Shown here one piece after another: positions 27,138 through 42,286 of a DNA stretch of 64,000 bases. Origin of the DNA: Paraspadella gotoi (Eukaryota > Animalia > Chaetognatha); the NCBI GenBank assembly GCA_051294375.1, contig CM119266.1:24878659-24942658 (forward strand), read 5' to 3'. A model generated the notes under the pieces. The model made no database searches. It saw only the letters and a list, made by a program, of their open reading frames with translations, and was not told where the DNA came from. A program made the position numbers and the translations under genes. How positions within the stretch are numbered: the first letter of the stretch is position 1; each line of letters starts with the position of its first letter.

Positions 27138-28256
27138 TCCCCTGTCCGGGGGATGGCGCGAAATTGGTCCCCATGGTGATGCATCAGGACAATTCGACGA
27201 TAAACTGGGATTGATGGGAAGATAATGGCACCGTGGAGCGGGGATGGGGGTGTGACGGGCTATCCGCGGGGCTAAGGGGTAATTTTGTAGTTTCTGTATC
27301 GGGAGTTTGAAAGGTTTATGGTATTTAGAGAAGGTTAGAGAAGGCTGATGATTTCACGAGATCGTGAGACGAGTTTCAATGTGGGGGTAGAGGGGTCGAG
27401 GGCCCCCCCGCTCCCCCGTCGAGAGCGAGGGTCAAAGGTCATTAAATTCGACGAAATTTCCGTCGATTCGCGTTGACTCATCATCATGGATTCATCGTCA
27501 TCATCGACGTCTATTTTGCCAACGCAGTGCGTTTTATAGGAGTATTGTTAACAGTTTTTAAATGCCCTCGTCAAAATCGGCTATCGAAAATATTTAGAAT
27601 GCTGCTGGGGTATCCTAAGCATTAAGTAGGCTCATCACACGATTTCCTCCGCTAAACTGCTATTTAGTATCCACATTACCCTCACAGTGGTTCCCACAGT
27701 GTCCGCGGCTGTCCGCCCCATCTCTCCGCATCCGGCATTCCCCTTCGAGATGCTTGGAGGAAGCGAACGCCGATGCTGACGTCTTCGAAACGGCGAGGGC
27801 GGGAAATCCCAGTGGAGGCGCTGTTTATACGGCAGTGGAAGGGGGAAGGGCTGGTGGAGAGATGTGGGGGGCGCAAAATGGGAGGTTTTTGAAGAAGAAA
27901 AAAGTTTTGCAGACTGGGAAATAAAGTGATCATGAGAAGAAAATTGGAATAAATTCACAATCCAATATATAGGAATAGTTTATGGATTTCTTTTAAAATT
28001 AAATCCATCAACGACTTGACAGGTCCGACGTCTGGCGTCCCATCTTCTAAGATCCGTGTGATTTTTGATCGATAATGACGCGCGGTCGCTTTTCCCTCGG
28101 AGACTCTTTTGTCGACCAAGCGCTTTTTCAATTTTGATATAAGTTTTAAACAAGAAGTAGAAAGCTTTATCCACTGACGAATTATATTTCACGGACTTTC
28201 TTTAACAGATGGCTCTTTCTCTCTCTCTCTCNNNNNNNNNNNNNNNNNNNNNNNNN

Positions 28257-29250
28257 TGGATGCAGTATATAATAATTTGTAGCCCACAATACTAAAAGTT
28301 TTTACAGACTCATGTGGCTCCTGGAATAAGTGTAATCTGTAAAATTGCTTATATTCCGCGAATGATTTTCAAATTGTTTTAAGAGTAGTAATGTTTTCTC
28401 TGATAGTAAATCTTTTCATCAGGATGCAGTTCTGCTGAACACGTTTCACTGACTACTGTGTGTCTTCGAGTAAGGAGTGTTGTGAAATTCTCGTATTCCG
28501 AGACTTTTAGCAGCCGATATGGTTCTCATATATGATCAGCGGTCGAGGATGCCGTCGCTAACGAGGCGTGGGCCTTTGCCGCGCGTTGATGCGAAATTCG
28601 TCGAAGACTTTCCTCTGAGGGCCCGTCGGTCCTGCTTTCAAATCCGTCCGGAACGGGAGGAGGCGTTTCCGCAAATCCTCACGTGGCGTACGAGTCCTGA
28701 AGGCGGCCATATTCGTTCATGAAGGAACCGTCCAACTGTCCAGCCATCTCAAAAAGAACGGCGGCTCCGCTGGTGAAGTATGTCGATCGAATATCCCGCC
28801 TCCTCGTCGCACGCTGGGTCAGATCTGCCGCTCCCCGCGAGGCCGTTCACCAGGGAAGAGCCGGGCTTCGATGCTGAAGTCTCGCAGGTCGGACGCGGTT
28901 GGTCTCCAACGCAGAATGACCCTGTCACGAAGGACGATGTTTTCCTCCTCCAATCGAGTCACGTTGCCTTTGAGTCGCTCAGATCGTGCGCGTCCGGTCC
29001 GTCGATCCGACGCTCGCAGTTGCGATCGTGTCCGAGGAGAGAGTGTCTTTGGGCGAGTATCTCCGTGTTTGAGACAATCCGACGGTGGGCAGAGACGTAT
29101 TTGCTGAGATGATTATATACTCTTGGAGTGAAGAAGAAACTTGAACCACATGCCGCAGGGTCATGTGTGTAGTTCTCAGAAGAGGCGCTGGAAGGTGAAT
29201 ACTTGGTCGGCGTCAGACCGTGCATTGGTCTCGCAGATGGGCTCTAAGGG
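28257..29250 (-). pseudogene. Inverted, indel-riddled copy of the start of the coiled-coil gene's large exon
   Basis: Reverse complement of ~42280-43203 (e.g. NTEILAQRHSLL is readable in the 28959-29225 ORF). Truncated at the N-gap. Confidence 0.75.
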
Positions 29251-32200
29251 ACGCCAGCAGAGGATGGAATTAAAAAAAATGTAGTCGATCTCAACTGTTT
29301 CATTTTCATATTAAAACACTGGCCTCTCTGCTCTCCCCCCTCCCTCTGCTTCTCTCTTCAAAACTCGTGTTCTCACGCCTCGTTCTCTCAAAAAAATCAT
29401 TAGGTTGCGACTGCTCCTCTTCCACTGCGAAGACGCTCGCGACGATAAGCGATCGAATAAAAGGTTTCGAACAGTTTCGTGCACTGCGTCGCCGGTGATG
29501 ATTTAAATTTTTTCGATAGAGCAGACAGTGAGGCAATTTTCTTTAGTTCCTCTTGAAACTTGGCGCCAATGTTTTAAGTCCCGACTAATCCACAATTAGT
29601 TTGTATACCCACAAAAAATATTATTTTTTTTCTGCATTAGCTTTATCGTACATCGTATGTTGGAGTAGAAAATTTTTTTAAAGATAACATAAAAGTAGTT
29701 AAACAAAATTCGTTTTTTTTTGTTATAATTTTAGAAAATTTATTTGTTTATTTGTTGTTGTTTTTTTTTTTTTTTTCGTACTTCGTATTTTACGTTTGTT
29801 TTCGAAATTTTTTTGTTCTCAGTTTCGCGTGTCGAGTTTGTCTTTTCGGGCGTCAACGCGGCGGATGCGCAAACTGGGTGAGATTTAATATGCTGTCGTC
29901 GTCGTCCGTCGCCGTCGTCCCGAGGTGACGAAATTTTGTCTAAAAATGTTTCGGTTCTGTTTTTGTTTCTGAAAGGCATCGTTTCGGTTTTTTATTGTTT
30001 ATCAATTACGCATCGAAGGGCAAATTCCGAATTGGTAATGATCGATACAAATTTTTGTTAAACGATTAGCAAAGGTAGCATTATTTACACTAGAGGCGTG
30101 GTGCTCGTCTTGACGCGGTGAGACATTGGCACGAAAATAATGTTAATGATATATTTAAAACCATAACAAAGAAGAAAAAGTAAAAAGAAGAAAGTAATTT
30201 TGCAATCGGCCGTAGCAATGCGCGCGATCAAGTTGGTGTGGATATTCTTGTCTTACGAGAGTGAGTTATCACTTACATAATTAAGAACAATTATTACGAT
30301 GAAAGACAGAGATGATCTGAAAAAAAAAAATTCTATTATTTATTATCCAGTTAAAAAAAAAAAAATTTCATCCGCAATCCAGGAAATCAAAGTTCTTTGG
30401 AGGTCAAGACTCTTTTGGGCTTAATTCAGTGGCCTTACGCCAGCACAGAAACGGTTACAGCTAAGCAGAACAAAATGAATTAATTTGGAAGTTTAGGCTA
30501 ATTTTCATCTTGCTCAATCAATATAAAAATGTGCAGACAATAATGTCGCGGTCAAACTCCTGTAATTATTGCATTTTGCATAGATAGTCATATTTTTTTC
30601 GCCGTCCGTTCTCTTACAAAATAATTTAAAAATAAAAGAGATGGATGGCTGTTTCTTCTGACCGTTTGATACCCGTTCTAGTTTTTCTGACTGCAATCTC
30701 CTTGTATTAATGAAAACGATACGATGGAGAAGGGGAAATAGTCCACGCCATCCATCCTTCTTGAAGTGTCAACTTTCTGACAATAAAATTTAGTGATAAA
30801 CTGACGGAATTCTCCTAATGGGCGCGGTCGCAAAAGCATATGCCCGATTTCTCCAAACACCTTGGAGAAGGTCAATGAAGCAAAGATGATTTTTTTTAAT
30901 AGATTGTGTGTCATTAACAAATCTTTACTTGCTTACCACTTTTCAAATCAAAAATTCGATTATTTAACCGCATCCAAAAAGTTTTTTTTTTAATTTAGTC
31001 TCAAAATAAGTTAGAGCGCTTCTCTGTAATAACTATAAGCTTATTTAAAATTTAAAAATAAATAAAAAATATTAGAATTTCTGTAGAAAAAATTAATAAT
31101 TTTTAAGTACAAAATTTGATGTATATGTATTGTAAAATGATAGCAGTTTAGATTCAGGAAATTTTAAAGAAAACAATTAAATGGTGTTTGATTTACGATC
31201 AATCGTTTTGGGTTTTCGAGTCGTTTCCATAGTTTCTTCAAAATCTCTTTTTCAGGTTTGAGAGAGAGAGGAGAGAGAGAGAAAGTAGAGAGAGAGAGTA
31301 ATGATTACGATTCCCAAAAGATGACGGTACATGGTTCGAATACTGGGTTTTTTCTGTATGTCAGCTCGTATTTGGTGCAATGACTCTGTGATTGTATTAA
31401 GGTACGGTGCTGAAACGTTAAGCAAAACAATTAAAATGATTTGTTTATAGGTGAGCTAACGGAAAACCATACCTTGCTGTATAGAATAGTTAACTATTAG
31501 CATCGTCTTGAGCACCACCGACCTTAATAAGCCGATACTACTAATCGCAATTCATTGCTACTTCACTCGAGAATTACACCCTGTAATTTTTATTTCGTAT
31601 ATTGTAAAAAAAATTGATACGTATTATGTTATAAATAAATTAACTTCTAGTTATTCTATTTATAATTCTATCATTCAAAATTTTTTTGTAATCAGTTAAT
31701 TAATTTTTAAATTAAGAAATAGGTTTTCTAATTAAGAAGCAATTAAAATCCCAAACACACCACCTAGTCTATTATATACCTTTATTGAAAAGATGATTTA
31801 TACATGCACCACAACAGAACCAAGCTAGTAAGCAAATCAAGAAACATTATTAAAATAAATTAACAAATGTTTATAAATGGCAATTCTGAAAAACAGTATT
31901 TTTATGATCTGAAGTTCAGATATAATGTAATACTGTTCTATAAAATTCAATAAGTTTTTGTTCCGCTTGTCTAGCTCTCGAGACATCTATCAAATTTCAA
32001 GCCAAACGCTGGTAAAAAAAAGACAATACTAATATCTTTTTTGACGCGAAATTTATAAAACCCTCAAATAATTTGTTTTAAAAAGCTCCATAACATTCAT
32101 TTTCCCAGGCAGTACTTCGTTTTCGATATGTGGACTCAAAGTTGTTGGTTTTTTTTTTTACCTCTTTCTTTAATTTCCTTCATTCTTTTTTTTCCTTCTT

Positions 32201-33198
32201 TTATTCTCCTCTCTTTACTCACTGTCCTTCTGTTCCTTTCATTTTCCCTCCTCTTTCTGTCACTCACTCATGTTCACGTCACTCACTCACTCACTCACTC
32301 ACTCACTCATCACTCACTCACTCACTCACTGCACTCACGTCAGTCCTCATCTCTCTCAGTCTCTCTCATCTCTCTCTCTCGGATAACTACGTCTCTCTCT
32401 CTCTCTTCATCTCTCTCTTCTCTCTCGCTCATCTCTCTCTTCTCTCCAAAAGAGATCGCAGGTCAGCATAATTTTCCAACGCGCTTTTATGAGTCCTTTG
32501 GCTTCTTTGGCGTCAAAAAAATGTCAGATCTTGAATGGAAGGAATGAAATGACGGACGTCCGTCTTTAATTGTCGCGGTCGTTTTTCGCCGTTCCATCTT
32601 TGGTCGCACAGAGTCTTTGGTTTTCATCGTCAATATATACAAAGAAATTAGTAATCTTCTTTATTGATACAGCCTATGAAACATGTGAATGTGGTAAATT
32701 ATTTTTTTTGAAGCAGATGCTATTCAATACATTTGATAGCGTGATAAAGTAATTTCCAATTTCTCATTAAAATACTGAAATTTTAAATTCTGACAAAGTG
32801 TTTGCCAATTGATTCAATCTCAATTTTATTTTTTCTCGGCTGTCCTCTGAACTCTTTTGCAACCCGCAGTTTTAACAACGCACACCAGCTTCACATCAAT
32901 CAAGCACTCCGAACTCAACCAACCTACCACCTTCTCTCGTCGTGCAATCTTTTGGCAATCTGTGCAGTTTTTTGCGTGCGGACTCTAGAGGAATTAGCGG
33001 CGCGGACGGGGGCGGCGGCGGCGCGGCGAATGGCTGGCGGCACGCCACTTCGCGCCATTCTCGAAAGAAGCGTCAATGAATAAGCGGCCGCGTTTGACGG
33101 TAAAAAGAAGATAAAGAGATTTAATAAATGAATTTTGGCAATGAAATGGATGGGACTGGAAATAAAGGGGAGAGTAGAGAGAAGAGTTAGAGAGCAGA

Positions 33199-33242
<44 letters not shown>

Positions 33243-33407
33243 CAGAGTTATTGAACATGTAATATAAGATCACTCCGTAAAGTAAGAAATATTACATGAT
33301 TTAATCGCATAAGCATATGATAGTCTCAGGCATGACATCAAAGTACAAAAGCAGCGATAAGTGAATAGTGAGAAAAGCAAGATAGTAAAAAGAAGGAAAT
33401 AGAGAGA

Positions 33408-33475
<68 letters not shown>

Positions 33476-34053
33476 TTTGGCGAATAAGGGAAGAGGCTTT
33501 CTGCCCCAGGAAGGTGTATGTGTGCATGAGGATTTTCAGGGACATGCAGTCGTTGGGGTATATCCCTCAATAAATTCTAAATCCGTTGGCCCTCACCTCT
33601 CCGCGCGGGGCCTTCGCGACACGTCACTGTCCACGTCTTCCAACACTGTAGTTGATAGGGGGTCAAGAAAGGGGCGAGTTGAGATTGGGGGGGTGGAAGG
33701 TCAGGCATGGGTGGTGTCGCGGGACGTGACAAAACGTGATAGAAAAGGGTCCAGTTGGAAACATATGAGCGACACCAGAAATAAAATTTTTTTGCCATTT
33801 TTATCAAACGTTCGGTATTTTATCAAAAAGAAAATATGAATTAAACAGTTTATAATGTTAATTTATGTTTATAAACTCTTATTTTTTATCAGATATTTAA
33901 TTTCAGTGAGGTCGAAAAGCCTCAAATTAATTTCGTATAGACGATAATAGATCAATGCACATAAAAACAGAATAACTTCACTTATATATTTTTTAATCGG
34001 TGATCATTCTTTTATTATTTTGTAAAAGAAACGATTCTTGACAGACATCTTTA

Positions 34054-34085
<32 letters not shown>

Positions 34086-34102
34086 TCATCTCTCTCTCAA
34101 TC

Positions 34103-34149
<47 letters not shown>

Positions 34150-34272
34150 TTCCTTTCCTTTCTCGGATCGCCCTGACCGGTTAATAGCGCTCGTGAACCT
34201 ACTGGCCTCCTTATCTCTTCCTTGCCTTCACCTTGAACCTGAAGCCGCGGTTGATATTTCGAAGAAAAGAGA

Positions 34273-34312
<40 letters not shown>

Positions 34313-35312
34313 AGAGAGAGATGAGAGAGAGAGTGGGCAGAGAGACAGAGAGAGACAAGAGGAGAGAGATACTTTCTTTTCTACTTTTATCTTTTCTTTT
34401 TCTCACTCTTATGATCCTTATTTCCCTCACGGAGGAAAAAAAAATGTGCCAATAAGGCCGAAGGGGTAAAAGTTTGTTTCGGCTGAGAGACCTCGAAAAA
34501 AATAAAAAATAAAGAAATGATGGTGGGTCCGAAAGAGATGCCAAAAGGGCAGACTTGTTGTAAACTGTTATTGTTATGGGTCTTTGGACATTCTGTGGAT
34601 TTCGAGAATGGCGAAGAGTCAGTCAGTCGACATGGAGTATTGTCTGTGACTATTATTAAACTTTCATGAAAACTTTTCACATTCACTTTTTTTAATTTCT
34701 TTTCAACGAAGACGGATATTACTTAAACTGTATGGAACTACATAGTAATTAATAATTTAAATTTAACATTTTTCTTCGATTGCTCGCGTTTATTAAATTC
34801 CATTTTAATAGCTTAATCAATAAATCAATTCTATGTGAATTCATTTACACGAGTGTGCAATTGTGCACCTTTTTTTAAATTTTGAAAAAAAAAATAGCCC
34901 CTTTCCAGTGAATTTTTTTTTTATCGGGATTTTGGAAAGCAAAATCTTTTTCATCCTCCCTTCTTCCTCCGCCGCCCTCCGCCCCCCTACCTCCGCTCTC
35001 TCGTCGCCTCCGTAATTCATCGTCCTGATTGCCCGGCCATTTTCCCGAATCGGCCTACCCACGCGTTCAACAGCTCAATTCACCATACCCCTATTCTCTA
35101 CTCTCTCTCTCTCTCATCTCTCTCTCTCTTCTCTCCTCTCTCTCACTCTCCTCTCTCATCCCCGTCGCCTCGCCGCCACGCCGCATAGCCATTGTCTTAT
35201 CCTCGATTCCTTTCCATCTCTGAATCTTGGAGTGTATCTCCGCTTCTCCGCATCTCCGCTTCTCGTTCTGACCGCTTTCGTTCCGCTTCGCGCCCCAAAA
35301 AATCCGTTTTTA

Positions 35313-35324
35313 GCCGCCATTTTG
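35313..35324 (+). promoter_or_regulatory. YY1-type motif GCCGCCATTTTG in a CpG-rich island (mirror copy at 36790-36801)
   Basis: Exact match to the long YY1/Pho consensus inside a GC/CpG-rich block (~34950-35870). Function not shown. Confidence 0.35.
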
Positions 35325-36021
35325 TGTCGGCCGTTTTTTTCTGTATTTTATCGCCGTTTCGGCCGCATCTATCCCCGCGCACGGCCATTGTCATGGTGCT
35401 CTCGATGTATTTTTTGTGGTATCGTGTATCGCCAATGAGATTCTTGGGCGGCGTCCTTGGGGAATTGAACAAGCGGGTTTTAAATTTATAATAAGATATT
35501 TAATGAAAATACTTATTTTTATAAATATACATAATTACCGTAACATTCAGCTAACATTAGTAATTTCTCTCCACGCTTAATCTCGAGAAATTCGCCGTGT
35601 CCAAACGCCAGCTTTCGGGTCGCCGGTGGCGCCTTCAAAAAAAACGGGCGCCAATCAGCGGCGTCGCGAGTTTTCGAGACGAAATCTATATCAGGATTTA
35701 TATTGGCCGCCGGCGCCTTGACGCGATCAGCGTCGCGGAGCCTACCGAATGCCGGGGTCTGCCGGCGCCCATGCCGCGCATCCGCCGGCGTCCCATCGGG
35801 GCCCCCATCGACGCCGAGCGCCATTTCCGGTTTTTGGCGATCGATCGCGTAAAAGGCGCGAAGAGAGAGAAAGACATAAACAAAGGGAAAAGTGGAAGGA
35901 AAAGGAAAATGGGAAATGATAAGAGAAAATGAAAGCTGAAACTGGGTGAGGGAAATTATGGTTTCTTTGTATATCAGAATTTTTCCTTGTCCTTACCTTT
36001 GGCTTGAGGAAGAGAGAAAGA

Positions 36022-36065
<44 letters not shown>

Positions 36066-36094
36066 CGAGAGAAGAAGAGAGAGGAGAGAGAGAG

Positions 36095-36140
<46 letters not shown>

Positions 36141-36960
36141 GAGAGGAAGAGGGAGAAGAGAGAGAGAGAGAGAGATAGACATAATTTCCCTCACCCAGTT
36201 CAGCTTTCATTTTCTCTTATCATTTCCCATTTTCCTTTTCCTTCCACTTTTCCTTTGTTTATGTCCTTCTCTCTCTCTTCGCGCCTTTACGCGTCGATCG
36301 CCAAAAACCGGAAATGGCCGCTCGGCGTCGATGGGCGCGATGGGACGCCGGCGGGCGCGGATGGGCGCCGGCAGACCCCGGCTTCGGTAGGCTCCGGCGA
36401 CGCTGATCGCGTCGAGGCGCCGGCGCCAATAAATCCTGAATAGATTTCGTCTCGAAACTCGCGACGCCGCTGATTGGCGCCGTTTTTTTTCTGAAGGCGC
36501 CACCGGCGACGAAAGCGGCGTTGGAACGGCGAAATATCTCGAGATTAAGGTGGAGAGAAATTACTAATGTTCCTCTTGAATGTACGTATTATGTATATTA
36601 TAAAAAAGTATTTTTATTAATATCTTTATTAAATTAAACCCGCTTTGTTCAATTCCCCAAGACGCCGCCAGAATCCATTGCGATACACGATACCAAAACA
36701 AAAAACTAAAATCGAGAGCACCATAGAAATGGCCGCGCGGGGATAGATGCGGCGAAACGGCGGATAAAATACAGAAAAAACGGCCGACACAAAATGGCGG
36801 CTAAAAAACGGATTTTTTGGGGGCGAAGCGGAAGGAGAAGCTAGCAGAGGAGGGAGAAGCGGAGAAGCGGAGAAGCGGAGAAGCTGGACCGAAGCAGGAT
36901 TCAGAGAATGGAAAGGAATCGAGATAAGACAATGGCTATGCGGCGTGGCGGCGAGGCGAC

Positions 36961-37032
<72 letters not shown>

Positions 37033-37749
37033 GGGTATGGTGAATTGAGCTTTGAGCGTGGGTGGCGCGATTCGGGAAAATGCCGGGCAATCAGGACGAT
37101 GAATTACGGGGCGACGAGAGAGGCGGAGGTAGGGGGGGCGGAGGGCGGCGCGAGGGAAAGGCAAGGGAGGATGAAAAAGATTTGTTTCCAAATCCCGATA
37201 AAAAAAAAATTCACTGGAAAGGGCTATTTTTTTTTCGAAAATTTAAAAAAAGTGTGCACACTTGCACACTCGTGTAAATGAATTCACATAGAATTGTTTT
37301 ATTGATTAAGCTATTAAAATGAATTTATAAACGCAGCAATCGAAGAAAAATGTTATATTTAAATTATTAATACTATGTAGTTCCATACAGTTTAAGTAAT
37401 TCCGTCTCGTTGAAAGAAATTAAAAAAGTGAATGTGAAAAGTTTTTATGAAAGTTTAAAATAGTCACGAAATACTTCCATTGTCGACTGACTGACTCTTC
37501 GCCATTTCTCGAAATCCAGAATGTCCAAGACCCATAACAATAACAGTTTACAACAACGTCCTGCCCTTTGGCATCTCTTTCGGCCACCATCATTTCTTTA
37601 TTTTTTATTTTTTCGAGGTCTCTCAGCCGAAACAGAAACTTTTCCCCTTCGGCCTTATTGACATTTTTTTTTCCTCCGAGGGAATAAGGATCATAAGAGG
37701 AGAAAAAGAAAAGATAAAAGTAGAAAGAAAGTATCTCTCTCTCTCTGTC

Positions 37750-37806
<57 letters not shown>

Positions 37807-37923
37807 CTCAAAATATTCAACCAGCGGCTTCAGGTTCAAAGGTGAAGGCAAGGAAGAGATAAGGAGGCCATAGTTCACGAGCGCTATTAACCCGGTCAGG
37901 GGATCCGAGAAGAAGGAAAGGAA

Positions 37924-38014
<91 letters not shown>

Positions 38015-38560
38015 AGATGTTCTGTCAAGAATCGTTCTTTTACAAATAAAAAAAAATGATCACGATTAAAAATATTATAAGTGAAGTTATTCTGTTTTTA
38101 TGTCTTGTCTATTATCGTCTAAGAAAATTAATTTGAGGCTTTTCGACCTCACTGAAATAAATATCTGATAAAAAATAAGAGTTTATCAAACATTATTAAC
38201 ATTATTAAACTGTTTAATTATATTTTCTTTTTGATAAAATACCGAACGTTGATAAAAATGGCAAAAGTTATATTTCTGGTGTCGCCATTGTTTCCAACTG
38301 ACCCTTTTCTATCACGTTTGTCGTCACGTCCCGCGACCACCACCCATGCCTGACCTTCCACCCCCCCCAATCTCAACCTCCCCCTTTCTTGACCCCCTAT
38401 CAACTCAGTGTTGGAAGACGTGACAGTGGATGTCGCGAAGGCCGCGCGGAGGTGAGGCCAAGATTTAGAATTTATGAGGGATATTACCCAAGATGCATGT
38501 CCCTGAAATCCTCACAACCTCACACCTCCTGGGGCAGAAAGCCTCTTCCCTTTTCGCCAA

Positions 38561-38688
<128 letters not shown>

Positions 38689-39376
38689 CTTATTTCCATC
38701 CCATCCATTTTCTTGCCAAATTCTTTATTAAATCTCTTTATCTTCTTTTACCGTCAAAACCGGCGGCGCTTTTCATTGACGCTTCTTCGAGAATGGCGGA
38801 AGTGGCGTCCGCCGCCATCGCCGCCGCNNNNNNNNNNGCCGCCGCCGCCGCCCCCGCCGCCGCCGCTAATCCTCTAGAGTCCCGACGCAAAAAACTGCAC
38901 AGATTGCAAAAGATGCAACGAAGAGAGAAGGTGGTGGTGAGCGGGATCGTGGTTGGTTGAGTGTGAAGCTGTGTGTGCGTGTAAAACTGCGTGCAAAAGA
39001 GTCAGAGACAGCGAGAAAAAAAATTGAGATTGAAAATTGGCAACATTTTGTCAGAATTAAAAATTTCAGTATTTAAAGAAATTGGAAATTACTTTATCAC
39101 GCTCAAATGTATTGAATAGCAATCTGCTTAAAAAAATATTTACCACATCACATGTTTACATAGCTGTATCAATAAAGAAAGATTAACTAATTTCTTTTTA
39201 TATATTTGACGATGAAAACCAAAGACTTGTGCGACAAAGATGAACGGCGAAAAACGACGACGACAATAAAGACGACGTCCGTCATTTCATTCCTTCATCA
39301 AATCTGACATTTTTTGACGCCAAAGAAGCCAAAGGATCAAAAGCGCGTGGAAATTATGCTGACCTGCGATCTCTTG

Positions 39377-39464
<88 letters not shown>

Positions 39465-40345
39465 AGTGAGTGATGAGTGAGTGAGTGAGTGAGTGAGTGA
39501 GTGAGTGAGTGAGTGAATGAGTGAGTGACAGAAAGAGGAAGGGAAAAAATGAAAGGAACGAAAGACAGTGAGAAAGAGAGAGAATAAAAAGAAGGAAAAA
39601 AAAGAATTGAAAGGAAATTAAAGGAAAGAGTAAAAAAAAACCAACAACTTTGAGTCACTATCGAAAACGAATACTGCGTGGAAATGAATGTTTGGAGCTT
39701 TTTAAAAATATTTGAGGTTGTTTAAATTTTGCGGTCAAAAAAGATATGTATTGTTCTTTTTTTTACCAGGTTTGGGTTTGAAATTTGAGAGATGTCTCGA
39801 GAGCTAAGCAAGGGAAAAACAAAAGACATATGTAAAAAATTATGATAAAAAAATAGCCTAACCCAGTATAACCTAGTATAATAGACAGGGTTGTGTTTAG
39901 GATTTTTATTGCTTCTTAATTAGAAAACCTATTTTTAATTTAAAATTAATTAACTGATTAACAAAAAAAATTTGATGATAGAATTATAAATAGAGATAAC
40001 TAGAGTTAATTATTTATAACATAATAGTATCAATTTTTTACAATATACTGAAATAAAAATTACAGGGTGTAATTCGAGTGAAGTTAGCAATGAATGCGAT
40101 TAGTAGTATCGCTATTAAGGTCGGTGTGTCTCAAGACGATGCTAATAGTTAACTATTTCTTACAGCAAGTATGGTTTTCCGTTAGCTCACTTAAACAAAT
40201 CATTTTTAATTGTTTTGGCTTAACGTTTCAGCACTACCCATTAATACAATCACAGAGTCATTGACCAAATACGACTGACATACAGAAAAAACCAGATCCG
40301 AACGATGTACGTCATCTTTTGGGAATCGTAATCATTAACTCTCTC

Positions 40346-40377
<32 letters not shown>

Positions 40378-41630
40378 AAACCTGAAAAGAGATTTGAAAA
40401 ACTATGAAAACGACTCGAACCCAAAACGATTGACGTAAAATCAAACACATTTAATTGTTTTCTTTAAAATTTTCCTGAATCTAAAACTGCATGCATTTTA
40501 CAATACTATACATCAAATTTTGTACTTAAAAATTAATTAATTTTTTCTAAGAAATTTCTAAATTTTTTTATTTATTTTTTTAAATTTTAAATAAGCTTAT
40601 AGTTATACAGAGAGGTCTAACTATTTTGGGACTAAATTAAAAAAAAATCTTTTGGATGGGTAAATAATCGAATTTTGATTTGAAAATTGGTAAGCAAGTA
40701 AAGATTTGTAATGACAACACAATCTATTAAAAAAAATCATCTTTGGCTTCTATGACCTTCTCCAAGTGTTTGGAGAAATCGGCATATGCTTTTGCGACCG
40801 CGCCCATTGGGAATTCCGTCAGTTTTATCACTATTTTTATTGTCAGAAAGTTGACACTTCAAGAGAGGATGCGTAGGACATTCCCCTTCTCCATCGTACG
40901 TTTTCATTAATCAAGGGGATTGCAGTCAGAAAAACTGCGCGGTCAAAAGTCAGAAGACACCATCCATCTCTTTTATTTTTAAATTTTTGTAAAGAACCGG
41001 CGCGAAAAAAATATGACATGCTATGCAAAATGCAATAATTACAGGAGTTGCCGCGACATTTTTCTCACAATTTTTATATTGATTGAAAGAGAAATTAGCC
41101 TAACTTCCAAATTTAATCATTTTGTTCTGCTACTGTTAACCGTTTCTGTGCTGTAAGCACTTGAATTAAGCCCCAAAAGAGTTTGACCTCCCAAAACTTT
41201 GATTCCTGGATGCGGAGATTTTTTTTTTTAAACTGGATAATAATAATAGAATTTTTTTTTTTTCAGAATCCTGTCTTTCATCGTAATAAATTTTCTTAAT
41301 TATGTAAGCTGGTATACTCACTTCGTAAGACAAAATACCAACCTTGATCCGCGCTTGCTCGGCGATGCAAAATTACTTTCTCTTTTTACTTTCTCTTTAG
41401 TTAGGTTTAAATAATCATTAACTTATTTCGTGCCCAATGTCTCCACCGCGTCAAGGCACCACGCCTCTATGTAAATAATGCTACCTTTGCTAATCCTTTA
41501 ACAAAAATTTGTTCATCGATCATTACAATTCGGAATTTCCCTCGATGCTAATTGATAAACAAATAAAAAAACCGAAACGTCTTTCAAAAACAAAAACAGG
41601 AACCGAACCTTTTTAGACATTTTCGTCACC

Positions 41631-41662
<32 letters not shown>

Positions 41663-42286
41663 AGCAATTAAATCTCCCCATTTGCGGATCCGCCCGCGTT
41701 GACGCCCGAAAAGAAAACTCGACACGCGGAAACGAGAACAAAAAAATTCGAAACCAAACGTAAAATACGAAGTACGAAAAAAAAAAAAATAACAAAACAA
41801 ATAAACAAATAAATTTTCTAAAATTATAACAAAAAAAAAAACGAATTTTTGTTTTACGTACTTTTTTTTATCTTTAAAAGAAATTTTTCTCCTCCATACA
41901 TACGATGTACGAGTTAAAAATGCAAGAAAAAAAATAATATTTTGTGTATAACAACTAATTGTGGATTAGTCGGGATTATATTAACATTGGGCCAAGTTTC
42001 AAGAGGAGGAACCTAAGAAAAAGCCTCACTGTCTGTCTATCGAAAATTATAAATCATCACGGCGACGATGACGAAACTGTTTTCGAACCTTTTATTCGTC
42101 GCTATCGTCGCGAGCGTCTTCGAGTGGGAAGAGGTGAGCGGTCGCAATATAAACGAGGCGAGAACACGAGTTTGAGAGAGAGAGAGAGGGGGGGAGAGAG
42201 AGAGAGGCAGTGTTTTTAAAAAGGTGGAAAAAATGAGTTGAGAATCGACTACATTTTTTATAATTCCATCCTCTGCGTCCCTTTAG

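Noticed and set aside
35961-36179. Sequencing-adapter remnant at the palindrome centre
   Set aside because: I cannot see a recognisable SMRTbell or ONT adapter sequence. The spacer is degenerate pyrimidine-rich sequence plus (GA)n, so an artefact is suspected but not proven.
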